Below, in pieces: positions 1 to 13,515 of a DNA stretch of 64,000 nt. The number at the start of each line of letters is the position of its first letter. Position 1 is the stretch's first letter. The stretch is from Vicugna vicugna. Taxonomy: Eukaryota. Both the position numbers and the translations under genes were made by a program. The notes under the pieces were generated by a model, which was not told the DNA's origin, searched no databases, and was given only the letters and a program-made list of their open reading frames with translations. The stretch spans positions 11,244,184 through 11,308,183 of the forward strand of contig MU058844.1 of the NCBI GenBank assembly GCA_013265495.1, read 5' to 3'.

Positions 1-564
1 TCAAAGATACGGTCTTATCTATGAGATCACAGTAATGGAGAGTTCTAATTGGCCTGATCTAGTAGCTAGGATCAGGGATTCAGAAAATTCACTCAATATA
101 ACTTAAGAAGAAGCAGGTTTACAATAAGGATATATTTATCGTTACATGCTCATTATATATAATAAATATCCTTATTAAATATTCTATATATTTGCTATAC
201 ATATACCCAAGGATACTTTCTTATAGTATACATTTTCTTATAAGTACACGTATATGTCAGGAACTGATGAAGGCAGCCCCCAGAGGGTTCTCTGCTTTGC
301 TCTCCCCCCATCTTCCTTCCGTCTTCTCTCTAAGCACAGGCTCTTTCATTCCCCCACCTACCAGAGTCTTTATCTTCTATGCTTCTTTCCTACCCTTTCA
401 AACTTTTAGCTTTTATGAGGCTTTGCATCCATTTACTCAAACAACAAACAGTTCTTAAATATATATAACACATGCAGGCACAGCACATAAAATGTTAAGA
501 GGAAATTACAGGATATAAAACAGAAATTGCACTGAATACATTAAAAATGACAAGCCAAGTATTA

Positions 565-1030
565 TTTGAGTTACCTCAGCAGAGGAGAGGACTTCGGTAC
601 AGAACTGAACTCCACTCCAATAACAAAAGGCAGGAGAGTGTTTAAGCCCTGGGGTCAGCTAGTGGACAAGTACCCGATAACGTTAAGGAGGAAGCTGGTC
701 AGTGTGATCAGGCCATCTGTGTTTGCGGACTGGTGCTTGTTGAAAGAAGTCAGGCTCCTACCTCCCACAAAGACTGGGGGATAAGCTCTCTTGTTTCTTG
801 ATGACTGCATTTCAGAGAGATGGCTCCCAGGTCCTTGAGAAAGTCATCCCTTGCTTGTAAAACTGACAATAACCTGAGAGAAAATTTGCATCCCAAAGGG
901 GCAGAGAAAGAATTTACAGTGGCAAGGTTTCTAAAGAAAAGCCCTTAGAAAAGGGAGGTCAGCAGTCTGTTGTCAGGAACAAGCCTGTCTAAAGTTTGGG
1001 TGAGCCAAGTGGAACATTAAGGTATCAGTC
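565..1030 (-). mobile_element. ERV1 solo LTR, MER34/MER39-like, inserted in an L2 remnant
   Basis: Reverse strand reads ...gacctcccttttctaagggcttttctttagaaaccttgccactgtaaattctttctctgcccctttgggatgcaaatt..., matching my recollection of MER34/39-group LTRs; ~470 bp. Confidence 0.65.
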
Positions 1031-2400
1031 AAAGGTATAGCAGGCAAAAACTAGACAAAACCCTGCCCTCATGAAGCTGATATCCTAGGCACCCGTAATA
1101 AGAAAAAGACAAAGTTTGAGTAAATAAATAAAAATGTATACCTGATTTAAGTGCTACAGAGAAAATCAAAGCAGGGAGGAAGGCATGGACCACAGTGGGC
1201 AAAGGGGTAGTTCAATTAAGTAGAGGTTTCCACTAATAAAGTAACTTCCACTTTGAGCAAAGTTCTGAAGGGAACATGAATAACCCAAGGAAATATTTAA
1301 GGGAAGAGAATTCCAGGTAGAGGTAAGAACAGGCATAATCAGGAGCATGCTTGATGGGAGTCCTGAGACCAAGGACTAAGGACCAAGGGAGTAGAAGATG
1401 AAGTCAGGGAGATACCAGGGAGGAGGCAGAATAGATCATGTAGGGACCTTGAGGTCATAGCAGGAACTTGGACTTGGATTTTGTATGAGAGGACTACAAA
1501 GGAAGGGTGATATCCTGTGAATAACTTTATAAGAGGATTACTCTGGCTACTGTATTAATAAAAGTATTGCTGGGAGGGGTAAATGCAGAGGCTGGATTTG
1601 TCTAGGAGGCATTCACAGTCTGGAGTTGAGGGAAGTAGTCTGAGTGGGAGACTTAAATTTGTGAATCATCAGTACATAGGTGTATTATAAAACCAACTGA
1701 CTGATGAGTATACTAACAGAGCCAGTATAATATAAACAGGAAAAAAAAACTGCCTTACAAAAAGAATACCTTGAAAACAAGAAGAAAGCAGAAACCCTGA
1801 AGTAGGGTGAGTGAGGTAGAGGGCAACGCGATGAGTGTCATCTCCTAAAGGTCAGGTGGAGAAGGTGTTTGAAGCTAGAAGACTTGGCTGCCAGTCTAAT
1901 ACCTCTGAACTGTTGAGAAAGAAGATGATGAAAATTTCACTTCTGCAGTGGTTGAGTAAACACTTGACTAGAGAAGGTTCAGGAAAGTAGAAAACTCTAT
2001 TGTTACATTTATTAGGAATTATTTTATTCCAGAAAAATTTTTATTTTTATTCCATAGAAGGGAGAAGAGAAATAGGACAGTAGCTAAAGGGAGAGGTAGA
2101 ATCAGGAGGAAGAAAAAAAAAATAGATATATATTTAGATTGAAGAAATTACAGCATATTTGTATATTGATGAGAATGATTTATTAGGAGGAGAAAAAGAT
2201 AAGGTAGGAAAAAAAAACACCTACTAGACTGGTGTTCTTGAATGAATGAGAGAGGCAAGGATTGAGTGTATGTCTGGAGGGGTCGGCTTTAAGCAAGCAT
2301 GGCCAGTTAGTACCTCTGTGTTAAAAGCAGAGAGGCAGAGTATATGCACACAGATGGAGGCAGATGACATGAAGGTAGGGACTCACAGAAGTACTGCTAG
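1030..2400 (-). mobile_element. Degenerate LINE L2
   Basis: agacaaaaccctgccctcatgaagctga..., ccactttgagcaaag..., aggattactctggctactgt are typical antisense L2 motifs; purine-rich on +. Confidence 0.65.
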
Positions 2401-2699
2401 AAATTCTTTCACTTTCAGGTTATGACTCAATTCTTTCCAACTCAGTTTGCCGAGAGAACCTGATCAGCCCTAGTTCAAACGTTCACACTTGGTATGCCAC
2501 TGGTCCTAAGTCATAGGTAGCGAAGCATCCTTTGGATTAGCATCCTTCCTGTCAGTTGAACATTTCTGGTCTGAAGACCTTGCCAGGAGAACAGAATTAT
2601 GTGGTCCAAGTCATAGATCTTTCTACAGCAGGGATTGAGGCAGAACAGTTTCTCTTGGAAGAGTTTATGACTGGCAGGTTCTGTAAATATGTCTTAGTG

Positions 2700-3350
2700 T
2701 ATGAAGGAAGACAGATATACACATAAATAAAGGTAATAAAGTGCTGTGGGCCATGACAGAGGACACAGAGCTTAAATAAACTTAGGAGAGGAGAAAGTCA
2801 TAACAGGATGACATCACAGCAGAAAAGAGCTGAGTCTGGAAAGCTCAGTGGTGACTTTCAGAAGGATATCCCAGAAATGGAAAAAAAATATTGGAGCCAT
2901 TGTATATAGATATATCATATTCTAGGAACGGCAAGTTACTCAACACAGCAGGGGCATGAAAGGTGGGGTGGGGCAGAGGGAATGAATGAGAAGTTAATTT
3001 AGCAAGAAATAAAGAGGTGAGAACATAAAGAGCTATAATACCCACGAAAAGAGTATGGACTTCATTGTGTGGGTGACAGGTTGCTAATAAAGGTTTTCAG
3101 TCATACTAGCATGTCATGAAGAATTTGCATTCTCTGGAATCAGAATGGAGGTGAAATTGTAGGTGAGAGAGGCTGGAAACTACTTGGAAAACTCCAGGAG
3201 AAAAGAGATAAAAATCTACTCTGAAATGGTAGCAGTAGGGACGAGAGTGGAGGAGTAACATGAGAGACAGCAGGACGTGGTTAATGGGCTTCTTGGGTAG
3301 GTAGAGGACAGGGACTAGACTGATGGCATCAATGAGAGTCAGAACCACAT
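2700..3350 (-). mobile_element. Degenerate LINE L2
   Basis: aagtgctgtgggcc..., tggacttcattgtgtgggtgacagg..., aatttgcattctctggaatcag are antisense L2-like. Confidence 0.5.
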
Positions 3351-3624
3351 ACATGTGCTTAAAATATGGAGCCTCACAGAATAAATACAGTGACACAAGT
3401 ATCTTACCTGAAAATGTTTGCTTACTAAAAAGAATTTGTAACAGATCTAAAATCACTCAAATAAATTATCTTCTAGAGTGAGGTTCCAGATAGAAAAATA
3501 CAAGACAAGAAACCCTTGTAAATTCAGTGTTATAGACTCAGTTACAACTTACTATTTTTGATATTAAAGCAGGAATTACCTTATCAATGGGATAAACCCT
3601 CAAAAGCATTTAGTAATAATGGTT

Positions 3625-3765
3625 GCACTTAATAGTATTTTGAGTTGATACTTATATTTTCTTTCAATCCTCACAGCATCTCTTGGGAGTAAGTAACAGT
3701 ACTCCATTTTACAGATGAGAAATCAGAGTGCTTAAGAAACCTGCTCAAGCTAATAGTTGGTAGAG
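3625..3765 (-). mobile_element. MIR SINE
   Basis: MIR core: aatcctcacagca...ccattttacagatgagaaatcagag. Confidence 0.7.
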
Positions 3766-4169
3766 TTACTATTTCTTTTCTGATATAGATACGAATAAGA
3801 CAGAGTTCCGGGATATGAGCAACAGTCTAGAAGGAAGAGATGGTAGTTAACAAGTGAAATCATGTAAGTCAATGATAAAAGTAAGTAGAAGGTAAATATT
3901 GTAAAGATTCATGGAGGGAGTGTTTATCTTTGTAATATCTTAATAATACATGAAAAAAAATCAGGAAACATTTCATGAATCTTGGACCCAAAATGAGTCC
4001 TTAGCAGGATATTCCAGGTAGAGGAGAAGGGTGAGAAGAGCCTAGGATATTTAGGAAACAGAGTCTGGGATTTGCAGAGAGCAGGCACCGGCAGGCCAGA
4101 CCAGATTAGAGATATGGGAGGGGAGGAATGCAGGCTGCAGCTGGTAGGGGATCCAATTAAACGCTGAGA

Positions 4170-5171
4170 CAGCGGTTCTCAAAGTGCAGTTCATGGGTCC
4201 CTGGGGTCCCCAAGACTCGGTCAGTGTGCTCCTGAACGTCAAAATGAGTTTTATAAGACTAAAGCATACTTGGAAGACATTTTCTTGAAAATGTACAAAG
4301 TGAACTTGTGATTGTAAGGTAAACAACCAACAGCATTTGCTGCCAATGACAAAATTCAAGCTTTAGAGAAAATAAGGATTTTCGAAAACTTGTATCTGTC
4401 ACCATGAGCTTAACAGCTTACCAGCATAGAACATTTTTTAAATGAGATTTGGGATATTAGTGAATGTGATTTTTTTATATATATATTGTACAGTGAAATG
4501 CATCAACCTTTGGAATATCTGTATAACTCAGTGAACCTCTTTTTTTTTTGTATAACGAAAACACAATACTACAAAATCACACATGGGTAAAAGTTCCTTT
4601 TAAAGTTCAAGTTAAACCAATAGATTTTAATTGAACAGAGTGAAAAAGGCCATTGATACCATTTGAAATCACATATTTTAACAACTCTGTAAGAAACTAC
4701 CATTGGTTGAGATTTGGTGTCATATTTAAGAATACTCATAATTATCTGAAAAAGATGATTAAAAGCATTCCTTCATTTTCCAACTACATATCTCTGTGAG
4801 GTATGATTTTTGTCACATACTTTAACCAAAACAACACATCACAACAGGTTGAATGCAGAAGCCAACAGTTGGCTTTGATTAAGTTAAACATTCAACACTG
4901 ATGTATAAAAATATTAAGCAATGCCACTCTACTCACTGTTTCTTTTTGTTTTGGAAAACATATTACTTTTCATAAAAATATGCTATTTGTGTTAACATGT
5001 AAAGGAACTGCTGTTATTTTAAAGAAATTAATAAATGGTTGTCTCGGCGTTAGTTTCTAATACAGTAAATACACATAGATTTGACTCACATAGACAAAAG
5101 CTTTTGGAGATCATCGATAAATTTTAAGAGGTTAGGAGATCACTCCTAAAAGGTGATGAAACAAACCACTA
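4170..5171 (+). mobile_element. hAT-Charlie DNA transposon, Charlie1-like internal-deletion copy
   Basis: Left terminus cagcggttctcaaagtg...ccctggggtccccaagac; internal tttccaactacatatctctgtgagg; degenerate right terminus ...aaaccact. Confidence 0.75.
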
Positions 5172-5494
5172 TATTGAGTAAACAAAAAGTTTAAGTTTAT
5201 GGTGATGAGTAGAAAAACAGATTTGGATTCAGAATATGACTCAGTAAACAGTCTGGAAATGAACGAGGAGACAGCTGCCTTGGTGGAAGTTTATGGAGGT
5301 TTATCTGATAAGTGGAACTTGGGAGGAGAGGTTGCTTTCTAATTTCAATTACTACAGAGATTTAAAATCGGTACGAAATGTTCCATCCTATACTGATTCC
5401 CACTCTAGCGTAAATGGCTTTTGAAAGCTTTAATATATTCATTACACTTAAGAAAAAATAGTTAAGTAACAATAAAAGTTCCCTGCAGATGCTC

Positions 5495-5740
5495 AACAGG
5501 GAGAAAATGAAAAAGGGTGGAAACTGTTCCGCTATCTTAAGGGTGCTCATGTGGAAGAAAGAATTAAACTTATCTGCTCCAGCAAGCATCATGAGTTCCA
5601 GTGGTCGGGATTTGCAGGAAGGCAGATTTCAGAACTTTGTGACAATTACAACTGTTGAAAAACAGAATAAACTGCCTTATTGGGCTGTTAATTCCTTGAA
5701 AATAACTACTATTTATAAGGCTGACTTCACGTAACCCACT
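5495..5740 (+). mobile_element. L3/CR1 LINE 3' remnant
   Basis: tatcttaagggtgctcatgtggaagaa...gcaggaaggcagatttcag...aactttgtgacaatta...ctgcctt follows the L3 3' consensus order. Confidence 0.65.
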
Positions 5741-5754
5741 CTGTTAGTCCCTTG

Positions 5755-5930
5755 TCACGATATCAATTCATTTCGTTCTTACAGGAACCCTGAGTGATAG
5801 GTATTACTACATTCCTAGTCTCTATTTTATAAATTAGGGAACAAACTTGAGAGCGTCACTCTTCACTGACTTAGCCAAAGTGACTCAGCACGCAGAGGAC
5901 AAAGGCAGGATTTGGTTGCAGGACTCTCAT
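5755..5930 (-). mobile_element. MIR SINE
   Basis: aaccctgagtgataggtattact...tattttataaattaggga...tgacttagccaaagtgactcagc. Confidence 0.6.
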
Positions 5931-7847
5931 TCCCCTCCTTGGGGCTTTTGCCACAGCCTTTCCATGAAACACATAACAGCTGTGAAGAATATTGTGACAG
6001 GCTGGATTGAAAGCTCTCTGCAATTCCTTTTAAGCACCAAGATTTTCTTAACAACTTGGGAAAGGGCTTCTGCTACTTAGCTTTACATTCTTAAAACTTT
6101 TCACAATGCCTGGAGCACAGTTTATTGTCAGTAAGTATATGTTAAATTAATAAACGGAAATTTTACGACTGTACAATTAAAAGGGATGTAAAGCACTGTT
6201 CAGAAAAGTTACTGATATGTTGTTTTTAATCATCCTGATGGTTAAGATTTGTATTTTGTACATGTCAATATTACTTGGTTTGGCTAAGTTAAAAATGACT
6301 GAATATCAGTAATAGTGTTGAAAAACCTTAGGTTCTTACAGTTCTACATAGATATGACCTGGGGCCCAGGGAAAGTGAGTCTTTAACTGTTTATTAAATT
6401 GTTCTTGCATGTTGAATTGATAAGATCAAGTCTGCATGCTGGAAAAGTCAGAGCAAATCTTTTTATAGTGTATTTTTCTCAGAGGTAGAGTTGTATGAAT
6501 AGCAAATTACTGGCTATTTTCCACATTCATAAACATCTTCAGGCAGCTCTTGTGGGATTAGAGGGGAAGAGATCTCCTAAGCACTTTAAATTAACATGGG
6601 TTGTTTACAAATTCTTTACCTTATTGTAGTTATGGTATCATATTAAGACAATATGACAGAAGAGAAATATCAAAATAGTAAGAGTCAGAAAGACTTAGGC
6701 AACTTTCTCTCTACCACTAGCTAGTGTTGAACTGTGGCTACCAGATTAATTAAAATAGAAAATTAAATTATTAACCTCATTTCCCTGTAAAAAAAGGCAA
6801 ACAGAACAGCAGAGACCTTTTCGGTCCACGTGTGCCTATCTGTATACTCTGAGCCTTGGTTTCCTGTCAAGAAGTTGTGGGAATACGTTCACCCCCCAGC
6901 CGACTCTTTCCAAGAATCATGGCACAACCAGCTATAAATTTTAGATGTCCTGACATGACCATTGAGATCAAACACAAAAGCATTAAGTTCACAAAGTCAA
7001 GTAGTTTCCCACTTGGAGTTAAGATCTCTTAAGCTCCATATGCAAATTTATGCATATGGAATGCAGATTTTATGGTCTTTAGATTCTCTGGCAATATCTG
7101 TAGTCTTACTGAGTGATGATCTCTGTTGGTGTGGGGTTTCACTGAGCAGATTTGGACAATAAAGCCTGTGGCCAACATGCTGGCTGCCTGACTGAAGTAA
7201 TACTAGGTTATCTAGCCCTTTGGTGACTGGCTTCTGAAGTTAGATCCGTCATCATGAAACATAAAAAGAATAAAATGATTTTTTTGAGCATGCTTGGTGA
7301 AAGATAGTTTGGCAAATATTTATGTATTTTTCTTTAAATTTCTGAGAGGGAAAAATATTTGAAAGAATATAGTCTCCAGCTGTGCAGAGAATGATGTATC
7401 TGCAATTTAGCAAAACTGAAAACAAAACAAGGAAAAAATCAGTACAGGCATATACTCTTCTTCTTAAAATTCAATTCAGCTAATATTTTTAATTTTAGTG
7501 ACAAGGCTTTCTGAAAAGGTCCAAGAGATAGCTATGCACAGAACAATGGAACATGGAGATATAAACTAAAGAGAGAAGGGTGTGGGCAAGTTTCTTCCCC
7601 TCTGCTGAAGGCTTTGGTGGCAACAATTTTAATTTCTATTAAAAAATACATACGCTGAGTGATGTCTCAGAGCTTACTAAACAGTGTTATCAGGCTGAAG
7701 GCACTTCAGACCTGTGCATATCAACCCAACAGTCATTTGTAGCAAATTCCATGTTGCTTAGTGAAAAATGATGATGTAGTTGGGTGAGCATTCAGAGATT
7801 GGATCCCCCAAATTACAGATCACTTGGGTTAGAATAGATCCTGGAAA

Positions 7848-7980
7848 GGGGGAGGATTTAGCTCAGTGGTAGAGCACATGCTTAGCATACACAAGGTCCT
7901 GGGTTCAATCCACAGCACCTCCTCTAAAAATAAAAATAAGATTTTAAAAAGCAAGTAAACCTAATTACCTCCCCCCTCCC
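7848..7980 (+). mobile_element. tRNA-derived camelid SINE (Vic-1-like)
   Basis: ggggaggatttagctcagtggtagagcacatgcttagcatacacaaggtcctgggttcaatcc: Pol III A box and B box, then A-rich linker and aaacctaattacctcccccc tail. Confidence 0.85.
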
Positions 7981-10115
7981 AAATCTGGAACAAATCCCTC
8001 AGTGGTTCTTCTTATGTCACCCTACTTGTCCCTAACCTGCTTCTGATACCTAAGCAAATCTCGGTGACAGGCTATGAAAAATCAGTCTCAGCCCCCTTTA
8101 ATGCCCCTCCCCTTCAAGGCCACTCCTGTTATTCCCTTGCTACCGCCACCTCCACTTGCTTCCCAGGTGTCTGCTCTTGGTGTGTCTCTGACGCTCCCCA
8201 GCCATGTGCCCACAACAAGTCAAATGAACAACCACAACAAGAGACGATGTGGGGGGCAACTCCTGAATGCTTATGGCCTGGGGCACAAATGTTCAGTGTG
8301 AATTTTAAATACAGTTCAGCTTACCACACTTCATTTTTGCAAGTTTTATTGCTCTATGACAAATCTCTCTTCTTTAAAATGGGGAATTCAATTTATGGTC
8401 CAAATGTCACCACCTAGCCACACAAAGCCACAAGACATTTTATGTCATTTAGGGAACTTAGAATTCTAGGGGGACGTCCATGAATTAGCTTTGATTCGTT
8501 TATTGGGTTCTTTCTTTCCTTCAAGTATCTCCAACTCATTGATGTTCCAATCTATGCAACTTTCAAAAAAAAATTTTTTTTTGACAGCTTGAGCACATCT
8601 AAAGACTGATACCTTATAGTTGGCCTGAATTTAAGTACCGAGAAAAAACTGAAATCTAGTCATTTCCTCTCTCTTGTCATTAAAATCCCCATGGAACTGG
8701 CAGGCTTACTTCAAAAACTGTTGAAATAAACAAAGCTTGATCTAACATAAAAGTGTGAAAAATAAATTTTTAAATAAGTAGTTAATGATGTTTGAGAAGC
8801 TAGTTATTCCAGTGAGTAGGTTTATAATGCAAGCATATTTAAAAGTGGTAGAGATATTTTCCTATTTTTAGGATATTTTCCTATCCTAATGAACAAAAAC
8901 ACTCTCATTAAGACATTTATCCCTAACTCTCAAATCAGGGGTCACTGGAAAAACAGAGGCCATTAGAAACTTGTCCTACATTAAGTCTTTTGACAATGAC
9001 TAGAATTTCTATTGAATCTCAGGATGGTTCTACCAGAGTAAGAATGTTAATAGAGTTTTAAAAAATACCACTTTCTTTTGGAAGACTCTGGCTGGGAAGG
9101 TAGGCAAACCTGAGGGTAGACAATCTGGTTTCTAGCATCTCACTCTGGATCTTTCAATCTTCCCCTCCTCCTCTCACCTTCTCCCTAAACGTCTCTTTCA
9201 GAGCCTAGGCTTTGGGAGTGTATTTGATTGGCACGAAAGACCCTTACAGGGTCTTGGCATTTACTCTAACATTCCTGCCACATGGGTCTACCTCTTAGTT
9301 TTCTAGCTGATACCTTCAGGGAAACCCCAAATATGATGGCATCTGACAAACCTCCAAGTCCATATACTGCAAAACACCTTTACAGGAAATCTGTTAAATT
9401 TCAACAGTGACCATTTCGATCTTCTCAGTTCTTTGAACCAGAGTACGTTCTCACTAGAACACCTGAATTTATGTATCCTTACAATGTGTGTACTTATTTC
9501 CAGATGCTTAAACATTTTGAAAATCCCTTACCACCTCCCATTTCCACCTGAACTAAAATACTTAAGATTTGTATGTGTGTGCATATGTATTTTTTTCAAA
9601 GAACATTGCCCCAATTAGCTAACCAGTGTTCAAAACATTCTTAGGAAGTGTTTTCAGACGTAGCAAATGAGATTTATCTCAAAGCTGCTGGAAGATTCAC
9701 GGAGTGATTTGGTGTTCGACTTCCTTTCATTCCCAAACAGTACTTTCGCCATCATAAAATAAATACTGACTTATTTTCCATGAATAATGTTGCATTTGAA
9801 TAGGTTTCCTTAGACCTTTACAGGGAATGCAGTGTACTTTACATTCAGCCAAAAAGACGACTCAGAAATGATTAATGGTGACCAAATCATACAAGCTTTT
9901 ACAGTCTTCTGGAATAATATCTGTTCAGAGGGCATCCAGTTTCTGGCACTTACTGATCCATTCATTCATCATATCCCTACTGAGCACCTACTATGTGGGA
10001 GGTACAATAACCCACCCAAAGAATTTACTGACTATGTAATAATAATCACTACTATTTACTGTGAGTTTTCAACAATCTACCTCATTCAATCCTAACGTCA
10101 ATCAGGCAAGGTAGG

Positions 10116-10562
10116 TTTATTAGTCATGGTTCTTACAAGAAACAGAATCAATATGATATGTATGTATGTATGTATATAAGCCCACAGACACAGAGAGACG
10201 ATATAAAAGAGAGAGAGAATGAATGTTAGATTTTAAGGGATTGGCAAACAGCATTCTGTCAGGTGCTAAGTCCAAAATCTTTACAGCAGGCCATTAGGCT
10301 GGAAATCCAGGCATGATTTCTATGTTGCAGTCTAAAGGCAGAATTGTTTCTTTTTTTGGAAACCAGTTATTACTCTAAAGGCCTTCAAGTGATTGGATGA
10401 GGCCCACCCACATTATGGAAGGTAATCTGTTTTACTCAAAGTTTGCTTGTTTAAATATTAATCACATCTAAGAAATGTTTTCACAGCAGCATTGGGGCTA
10501 GTGTTTGACCAAATAACTAGGCACTATATCCCAGGCAAGTTGAACAAAGGTTAATTATCACA
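10116..10562 (-). mobile_element. ERVL LTR MLT2 (C/D-like), inserted into a MIR
   Basis: tattagtcatggttct...gattggatgaggcccacccacattatgga...caagttga...ttaattatcaca; imperfect 5-bp TSD gtagg/gtatg; MIR halves on both sides. Confidence 0.85.
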
Positions 10563-11159
10563 GTATGTATTACTATATTTTATACATAAAGGTGTTGAAG
10601 ATCAGAGAGATATTTACTGGGATTCACTAAGGTAATAGCTGAGAATTTGGGAATTTCAGTCAGTTCTGTCCTAAAACCAGTATGCTTTCCTCTATACCAC
10701 ATATCTTTGTCAGAGATGAGGAAGACGAGATAGAGAAGTATCTGGTAACTTGTCCAAAGTTACTCAGCTACTAAACTGTTGAGCTGGCATTTGAATCTAA
10801 GCATTAGTATCTTTCAAGGTGTCTAGCAACCTCATTTATGATGTGGCCTAGCAATCTTTATAGCACACGGTAGGTTCAAAATCATGTCTGCTAAATTGAA
10901 AGAAAATGTAATTATATTAATGGGATAGAAAAAGGTAAAGGAATTTGGGTATAAAATACAGCAGTACTCCTGACTTGCAATAATGGTCTGAACCAATAAA
11001 AAAATGTAGCCATGGACACAAAGAAAGAGGGCCCCCCTGATTAATAATACACAGTGATGGATTTGACTTAAAAGACAAAAGAGTGAAAAATTGAGAATAA
11101 TTCTAATGTTGGAAGTTCACAATTATTAGGAAACTGGCAGCAAGAAGAAGACAATCATT

Positions 11160-11360
11160 TACTACATCCAACATAAAGATTCAATTTCATCTAATCCCCC
11201 TAATCCTGTGAAGTTTCTAAAGAATGATTATTTCCATTTTTATAAGTAGCATATGTCAAGTAAATGTCCTAAAGCTACAGTGATAGCAGGTGGCACAGCC
11301 AAGGTCAAATCTGGTCTGTCTGAATCTGAGAGCAATGCTCTTTTTGTGCTTCATGCTACT
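11160..11360 (-). mobile_element. MIR SINE
   Basis: tcatctaatccccctaatcctgtgaag...attatttccatttttata...ggtggcacagccaagg...ggtctgtctgaatc. Confidence 0.6.
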
Positions 11361-13049
11361 TCAATAGGTCAGGTCTCAGTATTCAGAGAGTTCTCCAAGT
11401 AGTGCTATAAAGTTGTCCAATATTTAAGCCAGAAAGACACTGAGATTCAGGGCTGCAAATGCATATTCAGGATTATCAGTAAACCATGTAAGTCAATATG
11501 CTTACCAAAAAAAAAAAAGTTCCAAAAAAAAAGAAAGAGTTATGGTTCAGAAATTATGCTGGGGAGTGGATGGTCTGGAGGAAATGGAAAAAAAGGTGGA
11601 CACCAGCTGTCAATGGAGAGAGAAGACCAAGATTCTGTTACTCTTTGGCATATGAGTTCTTCAGAGCAACAAAATCCAAAACCTTAGCAGTGGAATGACA
11701 CCTCCACCACAGTTTCAGCTGTGTCCCCTGCACAAGCGAACACCATCTGTCACGGAGGCGGAACAGTGGTGAACTGGAATAGCAGTCCAGACTCATTTTT
11801 GAAAACTTGGCAATGACTTTACATGGCAATGTGACTGAAGTTTGCGGGGATGTAAGAGCTTCCTTGTACTAGCCAACTTATTGTATGTTCTCAAACAGAC
11901 AACAAACAAACAAAAAATCCTGCCTAATTCACGAACCATCGTCTGTGGTTTTATCCTAAGAAAGAGACCTTCAAACAATAACCTAGGTTCCAAATAGCAT
12001 ATTCCTAATACTGACTTGGTAGGACTCCATCAGGCATTAATTAGTGGACTGTATGGGTGGAGGGACTGTAGGATGGGGCATTTGGAGGGGAGGGCCTGAC
12101 TCAGAATGTTGGTGGCCACAATCTGTTACATGGTACATCCATATCTTTCAGATGGGATAATTTATTCTTCTGCATTTAATTCTAGCTTTGAAATATTTTG
12201 TAACAGAATAAACCAAAGTAAGTCCTGCATTTAAAATGTGATTGGAATCTCACAAAAACTGTTTGCGCTTGTTTCTTACAGATAAACCCCAAGGAACTGA
12301 GTTATCCGTTCACAGCAGCCAAACAGCTGTAAAATACAGTAAATATTTATTTTCCTGCTTTCTGCATTTCTTAGTGGGACAGCCAGGAAATTTCTGGGGG
12401 ACCAAAATGTAGGCTTGTGTAAGGCACACACCCCAGCCAGCCAACACTGGCTTGCTTAAACCCCCAAAGTGCCATTTGAACAGATGGAAAATTCTACTCA
12501 CCTTAGAAAACTACTCATCCATCTCTGGGGCTTAACTGTCCCAGGTGTTGTGGCCATCTGCCAGACTTCTTTACAACAAATGCTTGCTTAAAAAATGAGA
12601 TACTGAAATCTCACAGTTTCTTTAGGACATGGTCAAAGAGCACACGGAATTGGAAATTAAAGCTCTAATCTTATACCTACCACTCCAACCATGGCAGTTC
12701 CTATAACGGAAGAGACAAGAGAGATTGAGTAGGCAGGGTGAGCTGCTGGCATAAACTGAAAGCGAGAGATTCTTTCCAAGGTAGAGGTGGAAGAAGTCAG
12801 GGACACCCTGGAAACCGAAAGCTTAGGAAACAATGAAATTTTCAGAGAGAACCGTTCATTCAATAAATTTGGTGAGAACAACTGTTCATTTAGGTTTACA
12901 TTAGCAAAACTACTGAGAAGTAAGCAAAAGGAAGAGGGAGGAGATGACAATAAAATAAAATGCACAATTGTAATAGATGAAGTCCCTATAGTACATGAGA
13001 ACTAAGAGTAGAATGATCTTTTATTAATGTTATTTTAATTTATTTAACT

Positions 13050-13183
13050 AATTTATTTGAGAATTTGGGGGGAGGGGTAATTAGGTTTATTTATTTACCT
13101 ATTTTTAGAGGAGGTACTTGAGATTGAACCCAGGACCTCATGCATGCTAAGCACGTGCTCCACCACTGAGCTATACCCTCCCC
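13050..13183 (-). mobile_element. tRNA-derived camelid SINE (Vic-1-like)
   Basis: Reverse complement gggagggtatagctcagtggtggagcacgtgcttagcatgcatgaggtcctgggttcaatc...aaacctaattacccctccccc; same family as 7848-7980. Confidence 0.87.
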
Positions 13184-13515
13184 ACAACAGTACAATATTC
13201 TTGAAGCTGCTCATATGAGCAATTTATGTGACAGCCCTGCCCACAGAAGTTGTATAACAGCCTACAACATAATTCATTAACCAAGCTGTCATTTCAGCAA
13301 AGAATGTGATATTTGGTTGTTCAGGAATGAGCAACTTCATAATTCATCTTCAATCTTCCTTTAACAGAACAAAGAAAACTAAGACAAGCCCAACTGTTTT
13401 CTCTTTTGTTTAAAAAGAAATACAGTTTAGAAGTTTTGAAAACAGAGGAGAGATTAAAATTAAAATTTAGAAAAATTAAAAATAAGTTTAACAATTTAAA
13501 AAAAAAAGAGTGAAA

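Noticed and set aside
7848..7920. tRNA-Ala(AGC)-like sequence (also 13110-13183 on -)
   Set aside because: Followed by the shared SINE linker and tail, with a mismatched acceptor stem and no oligo-T terminator; a SINE head rather than a tRNA gene.
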